The notes beneath the pieces are model-generated. The model was not told the origin of the DNA. It searched no databases and saw only the letters and a program-made list of their open reading frames with translations. Positions 27,283-33,889 of a stretch of DNA of 64,000 nucleotides are shown here, in pieces. The DNA comes from Eubacteriales bacterium (GTDB lineage Bacteria; Bacillota; Clostridia; Oscillospirales; SIG627): the NCBI GenBank assembly GCA_045602025.1, contig JAZSAT010000004.1, forward strand, positions 7,464 to 71,463, read 5' to 3'. Every line of letters starts with the position of its first letter. The first letter of the stretch is position 1. The translations under genes and the position numbers were made by a program.

Positions 27283-27305
27283 ATCCGCAAGGGTGCTTTT
27301 TTTTA
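27281..27305 (+). terminator. plus-strand rho-independent terminator immediately outside IR-R
   Basis: gcatcc-gcaa-gggtgc hairpin followed by T8. It would stop transcripts from the OFF-oriented promoter before they run antisense into the recombinase gene. Confidence 0.65.
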
Positions 27306-27320
27306 TTTAAAAATAAAAAT

Positions 27321-28163
27321 CTACAGAATCAGATGAAGCTTTTCCATTCGGCGGCGATGGGTCATGGCACTGGCGGCGGTATAAATTCGAGTGGTATTGA
27401 TGCTGCTGTGACCGAGAACATCCGCAAGAAGCACAATGTCCTTCTCGATTTTGTAAAATGTTCTTGCAAACAAATGCCTTAGGTTATGGGGGAAAACCTT
27501 CCCGGGCGAAACACCCGCCTTTTTGCAAAGCCCCTTCATCTCCCGCCAAACACAGCATCGGTTTATGGGCTTTCCCTTCTTTGTAATAAAGATAGGCCCT
27601 GATGCGATCCCTTCTTTCTTAGTATAAACCAGCAATTTCTTTTTCAGCTCCGGAAGCAAAAACACCCTTCGGCTTTTTCCCTTGCAGTTCACCTGCGCTT
27701 CCCCACGAAGCACACTTTCCACGGTAATAAAGGGCAATTCGCTGATTCGGATCCCGGTGGTACAGATCGTCTGCAGTATCAAACAAAGTCTTTGATTTCC
27801 CCTTTTCTCCGCTTCTCTTACCAAGCGATGGTATTCCTCCCGATTCAGCTCCCTCTCCTCCGGGATAAAAACACTTTTTTGCACCTTGAAGCGGCGGAGC
27901 AGCACCTCTTCCCAACCCATAAAGTGAAAAAAAGAATTCAGTGCCGCGATCATGGAATTTGCGCTGGAAAGAGCGTAGTTTTCTTCTAAATGCTTTTTAT
28001 ACTGTTTGGTAAGATCTTTTGTTATATCCTTGTTTTGAACAAAGTCTGAAAAGTATGCTACATCGTGCCGATATTTTTCCACGGTAGCATCACTTTTTTC
28101 CATATCTATCAAATACTTTGAAAATAAATCGATGTTGTTTTTTGTAATCGTTCTGTCAGCCAA
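27321..28163 (-). CDS. tyrosine site-specific recombinase (XerC/D-like size, 280 aa)
   Basis: SAM-like N-domain. Catalytic R (TGIRISEL), HxxR (HNLRHLFA), H (GHSSINTT) and Y (RIY). TTG start with a GGAGGG SD; the nearby ATG is out of frame. Confidence 0.85.
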   Translation of the reverse strand: MADRTITKNNIDLFSKYLIDMEKSDATVEKYRHDVAYFSDFVQNKDITKDLTKQYKKHLEENYALSSANSMIAALNSFFHFMGWEEVLLRRFKVQKSVFIPEERELNREEYHRLVREAEKRGNQRLCLILQTICTTGIRISELPFITVESVLRGEAQVNCKGKSRRVFLLPELKKKLLVYTKKEGIASGPIFITKKGKPINRCCVWREMKGLCKKAGVSPGKVFPHNLRHLFARTFYKIEKDIVLLADVLGHSSINTTRIYTAASAMTHRRRMEKLHLIL

Positions 28164-28226
28164 AAAACATCCCTCCTTTTTGTATGGTTTTCACCGTTTT
28201 TCTTCTTATTATACAAAAAAGATACA

Positions 28227-28254
28227 CCTTCGTTTTGGAGAATATTAAATAAAA
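28227..28254 (+). repeat. direct repeat DR2 (candidate attR): CCTTCGTTTTGGAGAATATTAAATAAAA
   Basis: 27 of 28 positions identical to DR1. A remnant copy of the thrC 3' end. Confidence 0.85.
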
Positions 28255-28261
28255 ACAAAAA

Positions 28262-28293
28262 GAAAACCCCGGAAATCCGGGGTTTTCTTTTTT
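28262..28293 (+). terminator. rho-independent terminator after DR2 (likely the ancestral thrC terminator)
   Basis: gaaaaccccgg/ccggggttttc stem followed by a T-run. Confidence 0.7.
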
Positions 28294-28354
28294 GTCGAAA
28301 GTTTTCTTTGCCTTGTTCCTTTTTCGAGAAAAAGGAACCGAAAAAGCTTATGAC
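28294..28354. repeat. dispersed hairpin-family copy (long imperfect palindrome around GTTCCTTTTTCGAGAAAAAGGAAC)
   Basis: Core 28315-28338. Flanks GTCGAAAGTTTTCTTTGCC and CGAAAAAGCTTATGAC are roughly complementary. Confidence 0.7.
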
Positions 28355-28402
28355 TTATTAAAAAATAACTTTGGATTTATATTCCTTGTTTATCTTTTAT
28401 AA

Positions 28403-28447
28403 GTCGGAAGCTTTCTTTGCTTACTTTCTTTCTCGAAAGAAAGTAAG
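28403..28447. repeat. dispersed hairpin-family copy (GTCGGAAGCTTTCTTTG plus CTTACTTTCTTTCTCGAAAGAAAGTAAG)
   Basis: Near-duplicate of 10333-10376, with the stem changed from CTAC/GTAG to TTAC/GTAA. Confidence 0.7.
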
Positions 28448-28593
28448 TCGCAGCCGATTTTACAAAGTTTAAAACGCAGTAAAACCCGGCGAGGCAAGGC
28501 GCACAAGGGAAACGCGAAGGAGTTTACTAATCGTAAATGACTGAGTGTTTCTCCGTAGTGGAACGAAGCCGTAGCGGGTTTTACAAAGTTTTA
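28447..28593. repeat. ~150-nt structured repeat, copy A
   Basis: Aligns end to end with 35584-35731, roughly three-quarters identical by eye. Internal 13-nt direct repeat TTTTACAAAGTTT. Its last 3 nt are the rubredoxin stop codon. Confidence 0.7.
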
Positions 28594-28749
28594 TTCTTCG
28601 GTGAAGGAGTCCTTGCCAACTCCGCAAAGCGGGCAAACGAAATCATCGGGAAGGTCGTCAAATTTGGTGCCGGGCGCAATTCCGTTATCAGGATCGCCAA
28701 GAGCCTCGTCATAGGTCCAGCCGCATACATCGCAAACATATTTTTTCAT
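28591..28749 (-). CDS. rubredoxin (52 aa, absent from the ORF track)
   Basis: Hand translation: [52 protein letters not shown], with the two CxxCG knuckles. GGAG SD. Confidence 0.9.
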   Translation of the reverse strand: MKKYVCDVCGWTYDEALGDPDNGIAPGTKFDDLPDDFVCPLCGVGKDSFTEE

Positions 28750-28786
28750 ATTCTTTTTCTCCTTTAATTATATATATTTATTTTAT

Positions 28787-29941
28787 TTATTTGCAAAGTT
28801 CCTTTGCAAGGGCTTCGATTTGTCCGCGGGATTCATCACTGAGTGCAGAGAGAATTTTTACACCGTTTTCCGCAAAGGTAAGGTTTTTGCTCTTTTCAAG
28901 CATTCCCTTCATCACGCGAGCTGCAGTAGGTGCCCAGGAGCCGTTTTCCACAAAAGCCACCGTGCGGTTGGAATAATTTCTCTCGGTCAGGTGATGGATA
29001 AACTCCTTCATAAAGGGGAAAATGTCCCCATTATAGGTGGTGGTAGCAAGTACAAGCTTCGAATAGCGGAAGGCATCCTCCACCGCCTCTGCCATATCCT
29101 CTCTTGCAAGATCGCTTGTGACTACCTTTTTACAGCCGTTTGCAAGAAGCTTTTCACAAAGAAGCTTTACCGCCTTTTCCGTATTGCCGTAAACGGAAGT
29201 GTAAGCAATGAGAACCCCCTCTTCCTCGGGTGTATAAGAGGACCAGGTGTGATAAAGGTTCAGATAATAAGAAAGATTTTCCGTCAAAATAGGTCCATGC
29301 AAGGGGCAAATGATCTTGATCTCAAGCCCTGCCGCCTTTTTCAGGAGGGTCTGCACCTGCGCACCGTATTTTCCAACAATACCGATGTAGTATCTTCTCG
29401 CCTCGCACGCCCAGTCTTCCTCTACATCCAGCGCACCGAATTTACCGAAGCCGTCTGCGGAAAAGAGCACCTTGTCAAGGCTGTCGTAGCTGACGATCAC
29501 CTCGGGCCAATGGACCATGGGTGCCGTAAGGAAGGTAAGGGTATGCTCACCAAGATTTAAAGCATCTCCTTCGCCAACCACCACACGCTTATCGGCAAAA
29601 TCCGTGCCGTAGAAATTTTTCATCATATCAAAAGCCTTGGCAGAAGAGACCACCTTTGCTTCCGGGTACTTTTCACAAAAAGCCATAATACCGGAGGAAT
29701 GATCGGGCTCCATGTGATGTATCACAAGAAAATCAGGGCATCTTTCACCGATCTGGCCTGCGATCTTCTCCAGCCATTCTTCCTCAAAGGTAGCGGAAAC
29801 GGTGTCCATTACCGCAATTTTTTCATCCACGATCACATAGGAATTATATGCCATGCCGTTCGGCACAATATACTGCCCCTCAAAAAGATCGACCTTATGA
29901 TCGTTGACACCCACATAGCGAATATCTTTTGAAATTTCCAT
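28787..29941 (-). CDS. flavodiiron protein (FprA-type O2/NO reductase: MBL-like plus flavodoxin domains)
   Basis: Di-iron motif HHMEPDHSSG and a C-terminal flavodoxin-like IAYTSVYGNTE. Confidence 0.85.
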   Translation of the reverse strand: MEISKDIRYVGVNDHKVDLFEGQYIVPNGMAYNSYVIVDEKIAVMDTVSATFEEEWLEKIAGQIGERCPDFLVIHHMEPDHSSGIMAFCEKYPEAKVVSSAKAFDMMKNFYGTDFADKRVVVGEGDALNLGEHTLTFLTAPMVHWPEVIVSYDSLDKVLFSADGFGKFGALDVEEDWACEARRYYIGIVGKYGAQVQTLLKKAAGLEIKIICPLHGPILTENLSYYLNLYHTWSSYTPEEEGVLIAYTSVYGNTEKAVKLLCEKLLANGCKKVVTSDLAREDMAEAVEDAFRYSKLVLATTTYNGDIFPFMKEFIHHLTERNYSNRTVAFVENGSWAPTAARVMKGMLEKSKNLTFAENGVKILSALSDESRGQIEALAKELCK

Positions 29942-29958
29942 TTTTACACCTCTTTTTA

Positions 29959-30924
29959 TTATTTACGGAGAAAAGAAAGCTTTATACTGTGCTCCGACTT
30001 TTCTCCCGGATTTAAGTAAACAAGTCTGCCTTCCTTCCGCATCACATCTCTTCCGTCGGGATAGGCATTGCCGGGCTCCAGCCCCATTACATAATCTCTT
30101 TCACCCATCATTTTCCATTGGGTAAAGCAGGGAAGAAATTCGGCATCGTACTCCATTCGGAGGCCAAGACCGAGCTCAGGGTTTTCCAATGTAATTTGCG
30201 CATTTTTTTCCATTGTATGATAAAAGCACATTTCCTGATAGCCCTTTTGGGGCTTTTCTACCACATTCCACTTTTCAAGCCCTGTTTTGGCGTGGTCATC
30301 TCTCGGTTTCGTTTCAAGAGACGGAATCGTAAGCTGTGCCTTTTCGGAAAGGATAGGGTAGCCGATATTAAAGTGATAAAGGATCTGATAAGGCTCGGGA
30401 GACGGGCCCTTATTTTCCACACGGTCGGTAATGGTTAAGGTATTTCCAAAAGTAGGAACTCTGTATTCCCTTGTAAATACAAGGTTTCTCTCCAGAGCAG
30501 ATACATCCCGCATCACAGCGCAGATCACGATCTCTTTTTCATTTACCTCATAGGAAAATTTTTCTGCGGGAATGTGGGAGACCGTACCGTGAAGGCCCAC
30601 CTCTTCCCCGTCGTCCACGCAAGGCTCGCCAACACTTCTCAGACCGCAAGTGGTCAAAAAGCCCGCAGTAAAGGATTTCAAAAAGCCGGCTCCCTTGGAA
30701 TCAAAGTACCGGGGTGCCACATAACCGCAATCGGTAAAGAAACCGAAATTCACACCGTCGTAGGAAAGGCGGGAAAGATCGGCACAGCGGTCAAGGGATA
30801 CGGTAAAGGAAAGCCCGTCTCCGTTTCTGACTTCAAGAAGGCGCATTCCGTCGCCTCTGCCGCCACAAAGACGCATTTCTTCTACACCGTATAGTTGATT
30901 TTCACTTCCGATATATGGATTCAT
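29959..30924 (-). CDS. aldose-1-epimerase-like DUF4432 family protein
   Basis: 321 aa with a mutarotase-fold pattern (GLHGT.., YHFNIGYP). Its ATG overlaps the upstream stop (ATGA). Confidence 0.65.
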   Translation of the reverse strand: MNPYIGSENQLYGVEEMRLCGGRGDGMRLLEVRNGDGLSFTVSLDRCADLSRLSYDGVNFGFFTDCGYVAPRYFDSKGAGFLKSFTAGFLTTCGLRSVGEPCVDDGEEVGLHGTVSHIPAEKFSYEVNEKEIVICAVMRDVSALERNLVFTREYRVPTFGNTLTITDRVENKGPSPEPYQILYHFNIGYPILSEKAQLTIPSLETKPRDDHAKTGLEKWNVVEKPQKGYQEMCFYHTMEKNAQITLENPELGLGLRMEYDAEFLPCFTQWKMMGERDYVMGLEPGNAYPDGRDVMRKEGRLVYLNPGEKSEHSIKLSFLRK

Positions 30925-32153
30925 TCGTTTTCTCCTTTACTTTTTGCTTTTTTTCGTATAATAACAGAAAGAAAAATACCTGCCAAGGGAAAAAGAGCTC
31001 CCAAAAGCATACCTGCCTTCATTCCGATCTGTTCAGGGGAAAGAAGGTGTTTTTCCGCAAGAAGAGAAACAGTCGGACAAGCCATCACAAGGTCCGTCAC
31101 CGAGCCTACCAGCTGAGGCCCTACCGAAGCACCCAGATCTCCTCCCGAAGCCATAAGGGCATAGATCACAACGCCCCCTTCGGGAAAACGGTCCGATGCC
31201 GCCAGAAGACTGCCCGGCCAAAGCATGGAAGTACAAAAGCCGCAAAAGGCGCAGGCGAAAAGTCCAAAAAGAGGAACAGACGAAAGGGACGCGATCACAT
31301 AACAGCAAAAGGCTCCCAAAAAGCCTAAGGTGAGCACCCTGTAAATATTTCTTCCGATCTTACCGTAAAGGCTTCTGCCGAAACCCAGCATCGCCGAAAA
31401 AAGAGCAACACCAAACAAATCGCCCCATACCTTGGAAATTCCAAGAGCCGCCTCCAGATACCCGGAAGCCCACTGCTCCATGGTGCATTCCGCCGCACCG
31501 CCGAAGAAGATGAGAAGAACACAAAGCCACACCCCGCCTTTTTTCAAAAGAAAAACGGCTCCCGTCCCCTTTTCATCCTCCGGCATGGGAGGAATTTTTG
31601 AGGTGAAAAACAAAAGGGAAGACACAAGAGGAAAGATCATAAAGATCAAGGGAAGGATCTGCCAATTTTCTTCGCCGAAAAGGAAAAGAAAACTTGTGAT
31701 GATCGCTACTACAAATACCACGCCCCAGGCGAATACCGAGTGCATTCGACTCAATTCCCGATCGGGATCGTTCGATGGGATAGCCGCAAAAACAGGATTG
31801 ACGAGAACCTCGCAAAGACCGCCCGCGGCAGCAAACAGTACCGTTCCCAGAAGCAGTCCCGTATATACATTTGATGGGAAGAAAAAAGGCCAGATACCGT
31901 AGACCAGAAGGCCCGCCGCCGCAAAGCAGGGCATCGCCCGCAGGGACTTTTGAATATCAAACAAATGGGAGAAGAAAGAAAAAACAAGGTCTACTCCCAG
32001 CTGGGTGCAAAAATTTACAAGAACAAGAAATCCCAGCCGCGTAAAGGATAATCCGTAAAGCCCCCGAAAGGTCATCATTAAAACAGGAGATAAGGTGCTG
32101 ACCACGGAAAGGGTAACAAGGGAAAAGTAGCAAGCGTATTTTAGTTTTTTCAC
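30921..32153 (-). CDS. MFS transporter
   Basis: About 12 TM helices. Preferred start is GTG 32153, overlapping the upstream TGA (GTGA) with an AAAGGAGAAGAGG SD. The ORF track extends to TTG 32189. Confidence 0.75.
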   Translation of the reverse strand: MKKLKYACYFSLVTLSVVSTLSPVLMMTFRGLYGLSFTRLGFLVLVNFCTQLGVDLVFSFFSHLFDIQKSLRAMPCFAAAGLLVYGIWPFFFPSNVYTGLLLGTVLFAAAGGLCEVLVNPVFAAIPSNDPDRELSRMHSVFAWGVVFVVAIITSFLFLFGEENWQILPLIFMIFPLVSSLLFFTSKIPPMPEDEKGTGAVFLLKKGGVWLCVLLIFFGGAAECTMEQWASGYLEAALGISKVWGDLFGVALFSAMLGFGRSLYGKIGRNIYRVLTLGFLGAFCCYVIASLSSVPLFGLFACAFCGFCTSMLWPGSLLAASDRFPEGGVVIYALMASGGDLGASVGPQLVGSVTDLVMACPTVSLLAEKHLLSPEQIGMKAGMLLGALFPLAGIFLSVIIRKKAKSKGENE

Positions 32154-33136
32154 AAAGGCTTTACCTCTTCTCCTTTGCGGGTATAACAATCTTTAAAATG
32201 AACAAGCTCGTTATTTTCCACTGTAATTTCGGGCATATTTTTCAAGATGAAGCCGGAAAAGGATACAAGACTTCCGCCTTTTACCGTAATGCCCATATCG
32301 CCGGCATTAAAGTCGCGGAACTGAATGCCGTTGGAATTTTCCAAAATGATCTTAGAGTAAAAGCACTGGCAGGCGGAAAAGATAAAGCCATGCCTTGCAC
32401 CCAATATACGAATGCCAACGCCCTTATTAAAATCGGAATGGTTGAAGGTACAGCCGATCACCGAACCGTGATCGCTGTTGGGAGACTGGTTTTCGCTGTT
32501 GTCAATGAGAAAACCTTCCGTATTGCCGTCAAAGGAACAGCCGGAAAACACATTGTTACCGCCGTTATTGATACAGCCATAGAAGTTTCGGTTGGCGCAA
32601 ACATTGGTAAATTTGTGGAATTCGCTGAGATACGGGATCCAGATCCCCGCGCCGCAAAAGGTGATACGCACATCACTCACCACCGAGGAGTGCTCCAGGT
32701 TTACCCCCGTATCGGAAAAATAAAGACCGCCCCCTGAAAAATTGGTAATATGAAGACCGTGGATAAAGGCGTGGCGGGGCTGAGAGGCACCGTCTTTTTT
32801 GGAAGCAGTGCCTACAAACAAAACGCCGTGCCGCGTTCCGAGAGAGGTAGGCCTTTCAAAGGGCTCTGCAGAACCGGTAAGAGAAAGATCCGAAATGCGG
32901 CAAAAGGCAGAAAGAGAGACCGCCGCACCTTCCTTCACGGAAGAACAAAGCACAAGACGGCTCCCCTCTCCCAAGCCGAGAAGCGTGGTTTTCTCTGGCA
33001 TTTTGACGCCCGAAACATAAAAATCTCCCTTGCCTAAAATTACCGTACCGTTTTTCAAAAGAAGGTTTTCAATTTCTTCTGTCCGATCCGACAGATCTCC
33101 TGTGGATTCTAAAAGATATCCTTGCAGCATTTCCAT
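32150..33136 (-). CDS. right-handed parallel beta-helix repeat protein (possible glycosidase/lyase)
   Basis: Periodic G/N/C-rich beta-helix turns (CINNGGNNVFSGCSFDGN...). No signal peptide. Confidence 0.55.
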   Translation of the reverse strand: MEMLQGYLLESTGDLSDRTEEIENLLLKNGTVILGKGDFYVSGVKMPEKTTLLGLGEGSRLVLCSSVKEGAAVSLSAFCRISDLSLTGSAEPFERPTSLGTRHGVLFVGTASKKDGASQPRHAFIHGLHITNFSGGGLYFSDTGVNLEHSSVVSDVRITFCGAGIWIPYLSEFHKFTNVCANRNFYGCINNGGNNVFSGCSFDGNTEGFLIDNSENQSPNSDHGSVIGCTFNHSDFNKGVGIRILGARHGFIFSACQCFYSKIILENSNGIQFRDFNAGDMGITVKGGSLVSFSGFILKNMPEITVENNELVHFKDCYTRKGEEVKPL

Positions 33137-33236
33137 TCTCTACCACCTGAAAATTTTTTTATTAGTATATCATATCCGGTTTCGTTTTTCCATATAAAAA
33201 AAGAAAAATCCTCGGAAATTCCGAGGATTTTTTCAC

Positions 33237-33878
33237 TTATTTTGTGCCGAAGAGTCTGTCACCCGCATCTCCCAAGCCGGGGAGGATGTAGCCGTTTTCA
33301 TTCAGGCATCTGTCAAGAGTAGAAACAAAGATCTCTACATCGGGATGTTCCTCAGCCACGCGGCTGACACCTTCCGGTGCACCGATCACTGCCATAAATT
33401 TGATATGCTTACAGCCTCTTTCCTTCAGCTTCACAATCGCGTCGCAGGCACTGCCGCCGGTAGCAAGCATCGGATCCACCACGAGAACGACCTTTTCCTC
33501 AATTCCATCAGGCAGCTTGCAGTAATATTCGCAAGGCTCCAGGGTCTCTTCGTTACGGTAAAGACCGATGTGTCCCACTCTTGCAGAGGGGAACAGAACA
33601 TGCACGCCGTTGACCATACCGAGACCTGCTCTCAAAATGGGAACGATCACGATCGCGTTGTCTGCGATCACCTTCTGGGTGCAGACCTCAAGAGGGGTCT
33701 TTACCTGTTTTTCGGTGGTGGGAATGCCTTCTCTGAGACACTCAAAGGTCATCAAGGTGGTGATCTCTTCCACAAGCTCGCGGAATTCCTTCATGCTGGT
33801 CTTTTCGTCGCGCAAGATGGCGATCTTATGGTTGACCAGAGGATGATCGAATATGGTTACGTTGGGATAGTTTTTCAT
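33237..33878 (-). CDS. upp: uracil phosphoribosyltransferase
   Basis: Start at MKNYPNVTIFDHPLV (AGAGG SD). PRPP motif VLVVDPMLATGGS and C-terminal YILPGLGDAGDR. Confidence 0.9.
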   Translation of the reverse strand: MKNYPNVTIFDHPLVNHKIAILRDEKTSMKEFRELVEEITTLMTFECLREGIPTTEKQVKTPLEVCTQKVIADNAIVIVPILRAGLGMVNGVHVLFPSARVGHIGLYRNEETLEPCEYYCKLPDGIEEKVVLVVDPMLATGGSACDAIVKLKERGCKHIKFMAVIGAPEGVSRVAEEHPDVEIFVSTLDRCLNENGYILPGLGDAGDRLFGTK

Positions 33879-33889
33879 TTTGTTGCCTC

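Larger units (their letters stand above)
20008..28254. mobile_element. ~8.2-kb candidate integrated island (recombinase plus surface-protein operon) in the 3' end of thrC
   Basis: 28-bp direct repeats at both ends and a tyrosine recombinase 64 nt from DR2. A second thrC-type tail with its own terminator follows DR2. Part of the cargo has lower GC. Confidence 0.6.

Noticed and set aside
27246-27482. 78-aa + strand ORF downstream of the switch promoter
   Set aside because: It lies antisense to the recombinase 3' end and is interrupted functionally by the hairpin-T8 terminator at 27281-27305. It has no SD.
28168-28170. ATG just upstream of the recombinase ORF as its start codon
   Set aside because: It is out of frame with the recombinase ORF and hits TGA after four codons. 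TTG at 28163 is in frame, 8 nt from the GGAGGG SD.
28537-28767. 76-aa + strand ORF
   Set aside because: It is antisense to the unmistakable rubredoxin gene and starts inside the 150-nt repeat.
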